Shown in pieces: positions 6,817 through 16,554 of a stretch of 39,170 nt of DNA. The notes under the pieces are model-generated. The model worked only from the letters and a program-made list of their open reading frames with translations, made no database searches and was not told where the DNA came from. The position numbers and the translations under genes are program-made. Source of the stretch: Candidatus Uhrbacteria bacterium RIFOXYB12_FULL_58_10 (lineage in GTDB: Bacteria; Patescibacteriota; Patescibacteriia; UBA9934; GWF2-40-263); NCBI GenBank assembly GCA_943357025.1, contig CALRGA010000002.1, forward strand, positions 1 to 39,170, in the 5' to 3' direction. Each line of letters opens with the position of its first letter. Positions within the stretch are counted from its first letter, which is position 1.

Positions 6817-6852
6817 GCCACCCAAGCTCGATGAGCGAAGGGTGGCTTTTTT
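6817..6852 (+). terminator. Intrinsic terminator
   Basis: GCCACCC-16 nt-GGGTGGC followed by TTTTTT, 12 nt after the stop at 6805. Confidence 0.6.
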
Positions 6853-6878
6853 GTTCGATGCGTGATAACCTCCCCGCT

Positions 6879-7571
6879 ATGGCAACGCGCGTGAACAAAT
6901 ACCTGGCCGACCACGGATACTGCTCGCGACGCGAGGCGGACGCGCTTATCATTGCCGGATCGGTGTTCATCAACGGCAAGCGGGCGAACCTGGGCGACAA
7001 GGCCGAGGATACGGACCGCGTGCGCATCGTGGGCCAGGCCAAGCGCGTCGCCCCGAAGAAGATCTACCTGATGCTCAACAAGCCGATCGGGACCAAGGTG
7101 ACCACCGACTGGAGGCTGAAGGAAAAGTCGGTCATGGAACTCGTCCCGAAGAAGGACCGCCTGTTCCCCATTGGCCGCCTCGACGTCAACACGGCCGGTC
7201 TCCTGCTCTTCACGAACGACGGAGACCTCGCGCTGAAACTCACCCATCCGCGCTACGCAAACGACCACGAGTACGAGGTCGTGCTCGACAAGGCAATCTC
7301 CGACGCGCACCTCGTTCGCCTCGCCGAGGGCGTCGACGTCAACGGCGAGCGCACGCCGCCCGCAATCATCCGCCGCCAGAGCCAGCGCGGATTCACCCTC
7401 ATCCAGAACGAGGGCGACAACAAGCGCATCCGCCGCATGTGCGACGCGTTCGGCTACACCGTCCAAAAGCTCACCCGCGTCCGCGTGGGAACCGTCCGCC
7501 TCGGCTTGCTCCAGCTAGGCAAGACGCGCGAGCTGACGGACGACGAGGTGAAGGAACTGAAGCGCGACTAA
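6879..7571 (+). CDS. RsuA/RluB-family rRNA pseudouridine synthase (S4 domain + catalytic domain)
   Basis: MATRVNKYLADHGYCSRREADALIIAGSVFINGK (S4-like) ... YLMLNKPIG..T......V..L......LFPIGRLDVNTAGLLLFTNDGDL..KLTHP....EYEV (catalytic GRLD motif). Track ORF trimmed to ATG 6879. Confidence 0.85.
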   Translation: MATRVNKYLADHGYCSRREADALIIAGSVFINGKRANLGDKAEDTDRVRIVGQAKRVAPKKIYLMLNKPIGTKVTTDWRLKEKSVMELVPKKDRLFPIGRLDVNTAGLLLFTNDGDLALKLTHPRYANDHEYEVVLDKAISDAHLVRLAEGVDVNGERTPPAIIRRQSQRGFTLIQNEGDNKRIRRMCDAFGYTVQKLTRVRVGTVRLGLLQLGKTRELTDDEVKELKRD

Positions 7572-7600
7572 AAAATCCTCCGAGTGATCGGAGGATTTTT
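7572..7600. terminator. Bidirectional intrinsic terminator between convergent genes
   Basis: AAAATCCTCCGA-gtga-TCGGAGGATTTT: a perfect 12-bp stem with A/T-run flanks. Confidence 0.65.
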
Positions 7601-7602
7601 CG

Positions 7603-8406
7603 TTATTTGAACAGCGCCCGATAATTCTCATCCAGAGCGTCGAGGTTCGCCATGTCCGCGTCGGAGAGGACGAAGTCAAAGACGTTCGCGTTCTCGACGA
7701 TCCGCTTCTGAGACGAGGACTTCGGGATCACGACGAGGCCGTGCTGGAGCGACCAGCGGATGAGCACCTGGGCGTTCGACTTGCCGTACGATTCCGCGAT
7801 CGCGGTGATGCGCGGGTCGAACAGCCGCTTGCCGCGGGTGAGCGGGCTGTAGGCCTCGAGCTGGATTCCCTTCGTCTGGCAGCCGTCGAGAAGCGCCTTC
7901 TGAAATCGGAACGGGCTGAACTCGACCTGGTTTACCGCCGGGACGACCGACGACGATTTCGACAGTGCGTCGATCTGCGTCGTCGTGAAATTGCTCACGC
8001 CGATCGCCCTGCACGTCCCGGCGCGATACAGCCTTTCGAGCGCCGCCCACGCCTGCCGCTTCCCGATGGGCGATGCCCAATGCAGCAGGTACAGATCGAG
8101 ATAGTCGAAACCAAGCTTCCGAAGGCTCGACCGGCACGCCGCCTCCGCGCGAAAATAGTCCGTCGGCCACAGCTTGGTCGTGACGAAGATCTCCGACCGC
8201 GGGATTCCCGACGACCGAATCGCGACGCCGACGTCCGCCTCGTTCCCGTAGAACGATGCCGTGTCGATGTGACGGTATCCGGCCTCGAGCGCCCAAAGGA
8301 CGGCTTGGATGGTCGGCTGTCCGCTTGGGATCTGGTAGACGCCAAGGCCGAGGAGCGGCATGGCGGTGCCCGTATTGAGTATGGCGGTCGATTGGAGAGA
8401 GTACAT
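7603..8406 (-). CDS. Aldo/keto reductase (DkgA/YvgN-like)
   Basis: ..LNTGTAMPLLGLGVYQ...AL.AGYRHIDTASFYGNE..VG.AI....IPR.EIFVTTKLW......A....SL.KLG.DYLDLYLLHW......W.ALE.L...G..RAIGVSNF...Q...L......PAVNQVE..P......LL..C...GI.LEAYSPL. These are AKR catalytic and fingerprint motifs. Confidence 0.88.
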   Translation of the reverse strand: MYSLQSTAILNTGTAMPLLGLGVYQIPSGQPTIQAVLWALEAGYRHIDTASFYGNEADVGVAIRSSGIPRSEIFVTTKLWPTDYFRAEAACRSSLRKLGFDYLDLYLLHWASPIGKRQAWAALERLYRAGTCRAIGVSNFTTTQIDALSKSSSVVPAVNQVEFSPFRFQKALLDGCQTKGIQLEAYSPLTRGKRLFDPRITAIAESYGKSNAQVLIRWSLQHGLVVIPKSSSQKRIVENANVFDFVLSDADMANLDALDENYRALFK

Positions 8407-8424
8407 ATCGCTTGTCGCTTGGAG

Positions 8425-9399
8425 TTATCGTCGGCCCGATCCGGACGGGATTTCCGTTCCAAAGTCCGCATTTGCCTCCTTGCCTTCCCGATTCTCCCGG
8501 ATCTTCTCCACGAGCACGGCGCGAAATTCCGCGGCCTGTTCCTCTGCGACGTCGTGCATGGTCGTTTCCAGGATGGCCGACTTTACGTCGTCAGCGTTCC
8601 ACCCGAAAAAATCCAGGAGAGGCGCGTCGTTCAGGACGAGATTGTCCACGGCGTTCGCTGCCCATTCCTCCTGGTCCGCGTACGTTTGGCTGTCATAGTA
8701 TTCCAATGCCTGCCCCGCGTTCCACGTGCCGTCGGCAACCTGCCGGAATGCATAATCCTCGGAGGACGAGAACGAAGAGGCGTCATCCGCATATATTTCG
8801 TCGGGGATCGAGTAGACGTACGTAAGCTCGTAGGAGTAATCATTCTGATCCCACGCGACCATGACGCCGTCATTTGTACCATTCGCGTCGTGCATTTCGT
8901 CGCTATGTCCTCCTACTCCGCCTAGATCCTTAAAGTCCTGATGGGCAACCTCGTGCAGAAGCGTTCCATAGTCGAGTCTGCACATAACCGAGTCCTCATC
9001 CAAAAATTCCGGATCGAGCGCGATAAAATCATTCTTCTCTGCCAGAAGGTCCTGCCGGTATGCCGATGCCTCGTGATCCTCGTCCTCCCCCGAAACAATC
9101 TTCGTCCCGACGATGGCGCGGATGAGCCCCGTGTCGCGCATACGCGCAAGGTCTTCGCGTCGCTCGTTCAATTGAGCGATGAACGTCTCCGCGTCAATGT
9201 CATCGCCGTTCGCGTCGAAGAACTGCTGGCTGCTTGCCCGAATCAGGCGCTCGACCGCGGACTGGGCCCGGTCGCCGTTCGCCATGGTCGCGTCCACCAC
9301 CGCAAGCTCGCTTGACGTCATGGGACGCGTGCCCTCGTACGGATGGCCGCATCCGATCGCCATGGCGGAACCGACGCCCAGGATCATTTTTCTCAACAT
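8425..9399 (-). CDS. Acidic secreted/lipoprotein-like hypothetical protein with an HExxH motif
   Basis: N-terminal MLRKMILGVGSAMAIGC|G is signal/lipobox-like (not canonical at position -3). LLHEVAH is a possible zincin motif. No family recognised. Confidence 0.6.
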   Translation of the reverse strand: MLRKMILGVGSAMAIGCGHPYEGTRPMTSSELAVVDATMANGDRAQSAVERLIRASSQQFFDANGDDIDAETFIAQLNERREDLARMRDTGLIRAIVGTKIVSGEDEDHEASAYRQDLLAEKNDFIALDPEFLDEDSVMCRLDYGTLLHEVAHQDFKDLGGVGGHSDEMHDANGTNDGVMVAWDQNDYSYELTYVYSIPDEIYADDASSFSSSEDYAFRQVADGTWNAGQALEYYDSQTYADQEEWAANAVDNLVLNDAPLLDFFGWNADDVKSAILETTMHDVAEEQAAEFRAVLVEKIRENREGKEANADFGTEIPSGSGRR

Positions 9400-9404
9400 A
9401 TGGG

Positions 9405-10649
9405 TTAGCGGGGAATTCTCTCCGTCCGTACCACGTCGAACGTAGGAACTCCGCCTATGTCACCCGTCATTTTCAGCACGTACCGCATGCGGCTCTCCGA
9501 CCGTTCCAGCCGCAACGACTCGGGCAGCTCACTGTACGACGGGCCGCCGATGCCGTTCTGTTCCGTGACGAGAAGATCTCCGTTTGCATTTGCCGAGAGC
9601 CTGATGGAAAATGACGGCGCCATCGTGTCCGGGAAGGTTGCCTTCAGCGCGTCCCAGACGTTCAGCGAGTGCCATCCGGTCGGGCCGTAGACGAATGATC
9701 TCGTACCAGCCTCATGACCGTTCGAATCCTCGACGTAAATCCACGCGCCATAGACGCCGACGACGTTGACCGAGAGGTCCGAAAGATTCGTCGACTCGTC
9801 GACAGAAAGCGTCAGGCGCGACGCGGTCCATTCATTGGGACCGTCGAAGAACGCAAGCTGGACGCGATTCTTATCCGTCGAATCCGGAAGAAACCGCACG
9901 CGCATCCCGCCGGGTAGCTGCGTCTCGCCGTAGTCGTCGCATCCCTTGGTCAGCCCGACGACCGCGCCGTTCGCATCGCGGTCCACGCACGCGCCGTCGA
10001 CGGCAAGCCGCGTCGGCTGCAGCCAGTAGCTCTCCGCGTCATACTGCGAGACGGGCGTTCCCGTGAACGAGAGGCTGGAGAGAATCGCCTGATGGTCGGC
10101 CGTGAGCGAGGTCGAGTCGGCGACATCTGGAAACGACAGCATGTACACGCCGCCGCGCTCAATCCAAAGCTGGTCGATGACCCCCATGCCGCCGACGATC
10201 TGCTCGACGACCGTCTTTCCGGCAACGGCTTTCGGTCCGGAGACGGACGTCGGCGTCTCCGCGTTCGCGGATACGTACTCCGCAAGCGTCGCGGCCGTCG
10301 TCCCGAGCGGGCCCGCGGCATTCTGGGAAATCGCTTCCTTCAGGTTCGCCCAGCAATGCAGAGCGACGTCATAATCATACGGCGCGGGCACTGTCTTGCC
10401 CCCGTCCACGTTCGGCTTCGTCAAGACGATCCGCGTCTCCGCGTCCTCCGACACCGTCCAGTCCGCCGGATACCGAAACGTCACGCCGCACTCGTCGCTG
10501 GCGTACGTCTTCCATCCCGACGTCACGTCCGCCTCCCGCGGATTCGCGACCGCGATTGGCTCGATGGGCTTTGCCGCACGATTTATCGCAAAGACCGATC
10601 CTACCAGCATCAGCGCGATTCCCACGGCCAGCGCAATTCTCTTCATCAT
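9405..10649 (-). CDS. Secreted hypothetical protein
   Basis: Signal peptide MMKRIALAVGIALMLVGSVFA followed by a soluble beta-rich-looking sequence (GWKTYASDECGVTFRYPADWTVSE..). Lies 5 nt upstream of the next gene. GC3 bias fits. Confidence 0.62.
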   Translation of the reverse strand: MMKRIALAVGIALMLVGSVFAINRAAKPIEPIAVANPREADVTSGWKTYASDECGVTFRYPADWTVSEDAETRIVLTKPNVDGGKTVPAPYDYDVALHCWANLKEAISQNAAGPLGTTAATLAEYVSANAETPTSVSGPKAVAGKTVVEQIVGGMGVIDQLWIERGGVYMLSFPDVADSTSLTADHQAILSSLSFTGTPVSQYDAESYWLQPTRLAVDGACVDRDANGAVVGLTKGCDDYGETQLPGGMRVRFLPDSTDKNRVQLAFFDGPNEWTASRLTLSVDESTNLSDLSVNVVGVYGAWIYVEDSNGHEAGTRSFVYGPTGWHSLNVWDALKATFPDTMAPSFSIRLSANANGDLLVTEQNGIGGPSYSELPESLRLERSESRMRYVLKMTGDIGGVPTFDVVRTERIPR

Positions 10650-10722
10650 AGAATGATTATTTTTGTCATTTTCTCACATAATCCCCAAAAGAAAAAGCGC
10701 CGCGACTGCTATCCTCCCGCCG

Positions 10723-10750
10723 TCAGGCGGGACCCCGCCAACGGCGGTGG
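10723..10750 (+). repeat. 28-nt exact repeat (copy 2, intergenic), within a nested palindrome
   Basis: tcaggcgggaccccgccaacggcggtgg is identical to 6494-6521. Here the outer arms CCGCCGT (10718-10724) / ACGGCGG (10741-10747) can pair. Lies just upstream of the tRNA promoter. Confidence 0.5.
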
Positions 10751-10759
10751 CCAGCCCCC

Positions 10760-10788
10760 TTGCCACCCTTTTCTCCCCGTGATACTAT
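10760..10788 (+). promoter_or_regulatory. Sigma70-like promoter of tRNA-Asp
   Basis: TTGCCA (10760-10765), 17 nt, TACTAT (10783-10788), 26 nt before the mature tRNA 5' end. Confidence 0.45.
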
Positions 10789-10814
10789 TTCGTCGTTCGA
10801 GAGCAGATCCTGTT

Positions 10815-10892
10815 GGACCGGTGGTGTAGCCCGGTTAACACGTCTCCCTGTCACGGAGAAGAGCGAGGGTTCGAATCCCTTCCGGTCCGCCA
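10815..10892 (+). tRNA. tRNA-Asp (anticodon GTC), CCA encoded
   Basis: Hand-folded cloverleaf: acceptor GGACCGG/CCGGTCC, D stem GTGT/ACAC, anticodon stem TCTCC/GGAGA with loop CTGTCAC, T arm GAGGG-TTCGAAT-CCCTT, discriminator G, then CCA. Confidence 0.93.
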
Positions 10893-10905
10893 GGACCTGT
10901 CATCG

Positions 10906-10946
10906 AAAAACGACCCCGTCTCGCGAGAGGCGGGGTCGTTTCGTTT
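10906..10946. terminator. Bidirectional intrinsic terminator (tRNA-Asp / ABC permease)
   Basis: 15-bp stem AAACGACCCCGTCTC-gcga-GAGGCGGGGTCGTTT, with an A-run upstream and a T-rich tract downstream. Confidence 0.65.
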
Positions 10947-10949
10947 GGG

Positions 10950-12182
10950 TTACTCGTATCGCAGCGCCTCGATCGCGTCGAGCCTTGCCGCTCGCCGCGC
11001 GGGATAATACCCGAACGCGATTCCGGTGACCGTGGCGACCGCCGCGCTGGCGGCAACTGCCGACGGCGGGACGATGAACGTCCAGACCGGAACGAAGTGA
11101 CGGATGGCAAGCGACGCCGCGAACGACCCGCCGATGCCGAGCGCGACGCCGAGGACGCCGCCGAGGAGGGTGAGCATCACCGCCTCGAGGAGGAACTGCA
11201 GGAGCACCTCGGACTCGGTGGCGCCGATCGCCTTGCGCAGGCCGATCTCGCGCGTCCGCTCCGTGACCGAGACGAGCATCATGTTCATGATCCCGATCCC
11301 GCCCACGAGCAGCGAGATCGCGGCGATCGACGAGAGCAGCGCCGTGAGCGCGAACCCGACCGCGCCGATGGTGGCCACGGCGTCGGCCTGGCTCGACACG
11401 TTGAAATCGTCCTTCGACAGGTCCTGCTCCGGATTGTCAATGTCATGCGCGTCGCGGAGGATCGCGCGCGCGTCGTCCTTGGCCTGCTCGATATCGCCCG
11501 TCGCCTTTGCCGCGATGTAATTGACGTAATCGACGCCGAGCAGCTCGCGCTGGCCCGTCGTGACCGGAATGTACACGCGCTTGTCGAGGTTCTGAAAGAA
11601 CTTGCTTCCCTGCGGGTCGAGCACCCCAACCACGCGCACGGCAAGCCTCTTCACGAGGATGCGCTGGCCGATCGGATCCTGGTCGCCGAACAGGTCGGCG
11701 GCAATCTCGCTCCCAAGCACGGCCACGCGCGCATTGTTCGTCACGTCCTCGGCCTCGACGAACCGTCCCGACGCGATCGTCGCCGGGAACACTTCGAGCT
11801 GAAGCTCGTCGACGCAGGCGATCTGCGTGAACGCGCTGTTCTCTCCCACGGAAACCGCCGCGCTCGTGATGACCACCGACGACGCGTACTCGAACGGGCC
11901 CTGCGCCACGAGCGCGGCCGCGTCCTCGAGCCGGAGCGACTGTTCGATAAACGGGGACGGCGGGCCTCCCCCGCTGTTGCCGTTGCCCGCCTCCACGAAC
12001 ATGACGTCCGAACCCAGAGCCGACACCTGGCCCAGCACGTACGCCTGCGCCCCCTGTCCGAGCGACAGCATCAAAATGACTGCCGCGATCCCGATGACGA
12101 TGCCAAGGATGGTCAGAAGCGACCGCGACGGGTTGCGGCGCAACGACTCGGACGAAATTGAAAGAAGGTCGACGAGTCTCAT
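10950..12182 (-). CDS. ABC transporter permease, MacB/FtsX family
   Basis: MRLVDLLSISSESLRRNPSRSLLTILGIVIGIAAVILMLSLGQGAQ.. (MacB_PCD N-terminus), a large extracytoplasmic domain, and a C-terminal FtsX domain (..SLLVGGIGIMNMMLVSVTERTREIGLRKAIGA...IL.QFL.EA..L...GG..G..). Confidence 0.88.
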   Translation of the reverse strand: MRLVDLLSISSESLRRNPSRSLLTILGIVIGIAAVILMLSLGQGAQAYVLGQVSALGSDVMFVEAGNGNSGGGPPSPFIEQSLRLEDAAALVAQGPFEYASSVVITSAAVSVGENSAFTQIACVDELQLEVFPATIASGRFVEAEDVTNNARVAVLGSEIAADLFGDQDPIGQRILVKRLAVRVVGVLDPQGSKFFQNLDKRVYIPVTTGQRELLGVDYVNYIAAKATGDIEQAKDDARAILRDAHDIDNPEQDLSKDDFNVSSQADAVATIGAVGFALTALLSSIAAISLLVGGIGIMNMMLVSVTERTREIGLRKAIGATESEVLLQFLLEAVMLTLLGGVLGVALGIGGSFAASLAIRHFVPVWTFIVPPSAVAASAAVATVTGIAFGYYPARRAARLDAIEALRYE

Positions 12183-12183
12183 A

Positions 12184-12858
12184 TTACAGGATCTTTCCGT
12201 CGCGGATCCGTATCCTCCGGTCGCTGTACGCCGCGGCCTCTTCCTCGTGGGTGACCATCACGACGGTCCGTCCGTTCTTCTTGCACAGGTCTCGGAGGAT
12301 TTCGAGCACCTGTTCGCTCGACTTCGTGTCGAGGTTTCCCGTCGGCTCGTCCGCGAACAGGACCGTCGGATTGTTCACGAGCGCCCGTGCGATTGCCACG
12401 CGCTGCTTTTGTCCCCCGGACAATTGCGACGGAAGAAAATCTTCGCGGTCGGACAGCCCGACGTCGGCAAGGACGGCCTTGGCACGGGCGAGACGGCTCG
12501 ACGGTTCGTCCGTCGTATACAGGAGCGGGAGCATGACGTTCTCGACGGCGGTGAGACGCGGCAGCAGATGGAACGCCTGGAACACGAACCCGATCTTCTC
12601 AAGACGGAGTTTCGCGCACTCCACGTCCGACAGCTCCGTCACGTCGCCCCCCTCGAACAGATACGTTCCGGAGGTCGGCCGGTCGAGCAGGCTCATGACG
12701 TGCATGAGCGTGGACTTTCCCGATCCGCTCGGCCCCATGAGCGACACGAACTCGCCCGCGTTCACGACAAGGTCGACGCCATGAAGAACGGGCGTTTCCA
12801 CGTCGCCGTTCACGTAGGTCTTCGTAATGCCGCGGAGCTCGACTTTCGGAACCGGCAT
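12184..12858 (-). CDS. ABC transporter ATP-binding protein (MacB/LolD-type)
   Basis: Walker A GPSGSGKST, Q-loop, signature LSGGQKQRVAIARAL, Walker B VLFADEPTGNLD, H-loop VMVTHE. Confidence 0.92.
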   Translation of the reverse strand: MPVPKVELRGITKTYVNGDVETPVLHGVDLVVNAGEFVSLMGPSGSGKSTLMHVMSLLDRPTSGTYLFEGGDVTELSDVECAKLRLEKIGFVFQAFHLLPRLTAVENVMLPLLYTTDEPSSRLARAKAVLADVGLSDREDFLPSQLSGGQKQRVAIARALVNNPTVLFADEPTGNLDTKSSEQVLEILRDLCKKNGRTVVMVTHEEEAAAYSDRRIRIRDGKIL

Positions 12859-12859
12859 A

Positions 12860-14650
12860 CTAGGGCTTCGACAGGGAAACGACCACCGTCTCGCCCTCTT
12901 CCAGTCCGCTCAGAATCTCCGTCATTCCTCCGTCCGCGCGGAGCCCGACCATAACCGTCCGTTCCTCGATCGTCCCGTCCGCGGCCTGGCGCCGAACGTA
13001 CTTGTAACCGCCCTTCGTAAGAACGGACCGGGACGGGACGGACAGCGCGTCGGCGCGCGCGGCGGCATGGACCGTGACGTTCGACGACATGCCAGGCCGA
13101 ATGAGCGAGAGGTCCTGTCCTTCCGCCAGCGTCACCTTCGCCTCGTAGAAGACGACCCCCTCGATGACCTTCTGCGCCGGATCGATCCCCGAAAGCGTCC
13201 CTGGGAAAACGCGCGCGTCGCCGAGCGCGTCGAACGTGACGTCGGACGCGTCGCCGACATGGATCTTGGAGACGTCCGATTCCGGGACGTCCATCGCGAT
13301 CTCGTATTGCGTCCCGGTCGACAGCACCGTGATCGCCGGCTGCCCGACGGCCGCGGACTCGCCCGCGTCGAACGCGACCGCCGTGACGATGCCGTCGATG
13401 GGCGAGACGATCCGCGTCTTCGCGAGGCGCGCCTCGGCGCCGGCGAGCTCGGCCTGCGCGGCGGCGATCGACGCGCGAAGCGAGGCCACGTCCACGTTGC
13501 GCGGCGCGACGACGATGCTCGCGAGCGAGGCGCTGGCGCGGGCGAGATCGGCGGAGCGAGAGGCGACGGCGGAGGCGGCGGTCGCCACGGCGCGGGTCCG
13601 CGAAACGGTCGCGGTCGCGAGCGCGTTCACGGAGGACGCGACGTCGTCGACGAGCGCGGCCTGCGCGGCGGCGAACGACTGCTTCGCGTTCGCGAGCGCG
13701 GTCCCGTCGGCGATCAGCGACGAGAGGGCCGAGGCGACGGCGGACTTGTACGCGATGGTGTCTTCGAGCGAGAGGTCGGCCGAGTCCGACACGGTCGCGT
13801 CGAGCACGCGCGCGGTTTGCAAAAGCGCCTCGGACGCGTCGCGGTACGACCGCTCGACGAGGGCGACCGCGGACGAGACGGACGAGTCGACGGTCGCGTC
13901 CGTCGCGAGAAACGCCGCCTCGGACGCGTCGCGGCTCAGCGCGGCAACCGCGAACGCGGCCGTCGCCTCCGACACGGTCTGCGACCCCTCGTTCCCAAGC
14001 ATGTCCTCGAACGTCTGGTTGTACAGATTGTTCTCGACGCCAAGCACGGTGTCCGCTTCCGAAAGCGCGTGACGCACCTCCGCGACGGCCGAGCGCGCCG
14101 ATTCCACGAGATCCTCGCGCGACGACGAGAGGGCTCGCGCCGTGTCCGTCTTCGCCCGCGCCAAATCCTGCGCCGCGCTCGTCACGGCCGCGCCCTGCAC
14201 CGCCGCGACCTGCGACTCGTCGGACTGCGCGGCAAGCAGCGCGGCCTGCGCCACCGCCACGTCGGCCTGCGCCACGGCGATTTCCTCCGAGGAAACCCCG
14301 GCCATCCTCGCGTCAAGCTCGGCCTGGGCCCGAGCGACCGAATCGCGCGCCTGCGACGCCGCGGCCGAAAGGTCGTCGGCGTTGAGCGACGCGAGCGTCT
14401 CCCCCGCCACGACCGTGTCGCCGATCGCGACCGCGACCGAGTCGACGGTTCCGGACGCGTTGAACGCGAGGCTGACGTCGTTGATCGTCTCCACGGTCCC
14501 GGTCACCTCGACCGTCTGCGCCAGCGATCCCATTCGGACGGTTGCCATCACGGGAGCCGGAACCGGCGCGGGCCGCGTGACGAAGTATCCGATCCCCGCC
14601 GCGGCGAATACGAAAGAGACAACAAGAAAGATGCGGGAACGTTTGATCAT
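12860..14650 (-). CDS. HlyD/MacA-family membrane-fusion (periplasmic adaptor) protein with a very long Ala-rich helical insert
   Basis: N-terminal TM. Lipoyl/barrel halves (..VEVTGTVETINDVSLAFNASGTVDSVAVAIGDTVVAGETLASL.. and ..RIVSPIDGIVTAVAFDAGESA..). A C-terminal beta-domain. Several hundred residues of Ala/Ser/Asp-rich helix in between. Operon with the ATPase and permease (1-nt gaps). Confidence 0.8.
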   Translation of the reverse strand: MIKRSRIFLVVSFVFAAAGIGYFVTRPAPVPAPVMATVRMGSLAQTVEVTGTVETINDVSLAFNASGTVDSVAVAIGDTVVAGETLASLNADDLSAAASQARDSVARAQAELDARMAGVSSEEIAVAQADVAVAQAALLAAQSDESQVAAVQGAAVTSAAQDLARAKTDTARALSSSREDLVESARSAVAEVRHALSEADTVLGVENNLYNQTFEDMLGNEGSQTVSEATAAFAVAALSRDASEAAFLATDATVDSSVSSAVALVERSYRDASEALLQTARVLDATVSDSADLSLEDTIAYKSAVASALSSLIADGTALANAKQSFAAAQAALVDDVASSVNALATATVSRTRAVATAASAVASRSADLARASASLASIVVAPRNVDVASLRASIAAAQAELAGAEARLAKTRIVSPIDGIVTAVAFDAGESAAVGQPAITVLSTGTQYEIAMDVPESDVSKIHVGDASDVTFDALGDARVFPGTLSGIDPAQKVIEGVVFYEAKVTLAEGQDLSLIRPGMSSNVTVHAAARADALSVPSRSVLTKGGYKYVRRQAADGTIEERTVMVGLRADGGMTEILSGLEEGETVVVSLSKP

Positions 14651-14659
14651 ATCGCGTCA

Positions 14660-14688
14660 AGTGTATCGCAGGAACGGGGTACGGTCAA
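14660..14688 (-). promoter_or_regulatory. Sigma70-like promoter of the adaptor/ABC operon, leaderless-type
   Basis: The minus strand reads TTGACC-17 nt-TACACT-tgacgcgat-ATG (N9 to ATG 14650, no SD). Confidence 0.5.
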
Positions 14689-14764
14689 TGCGGTCCGCCT
14701 TCGCTCTCTCGCGGGGATTTCTCCTTCGCCGATGCTTCGGGGGACAGGTCGGAGGACAGGAGGG

Positions 14765-14793
14765 TTGAGAGAATAGCGAGGAAAGGGTAGAGT
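14765..14793 (+). promoter_or_regulatory. Sigma70-like promoter of the ABC-F gene, leaderless-type
   Basis: TTGAGA (14765-14770), 17 nt, TAGAGT (14788-14793), gccggggtt, ATG 14803 (N9, no SD). Confidence 0.5.
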
Positions 14794-14802
14794 GCCGGGG
14801 TT

Positions 14803-16550
<1,748 letters not shown>

Positions 16551-16554
<4 letters not shown>

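Noticed and set aside
10092-11110. ORFs 10092..10829(+), 10760..11029(+), 10813..11007(+) and 10835..11110(-) spanning the tRNA-Asp region.
   Set aside because: They run through the tRNA gene, its promoter and terminator, or are antisense to flanking genes. Their composition is not gene-like.
12827-14776. 649-aa plus-strand ORF antisense to the HlyD-family gene. Similar long shadows: 14647..16242(-), 2184..3455(+), 946..1983(+), 7741..8925(+), 11097..12161(+), 21582..22973(+), 23104..24156(+), 19740..20696(-), 4475..5509(-), 6765..7466(-).
   Set aside because: The translations are dominated by Arg/Gly/Asp/His/Pro runs with no recognisable motifs. Each lies opposite to, or out of frame with, a gene that has clear family signatures. 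Long stop-free shadow frames are expected in high-GC DNA.
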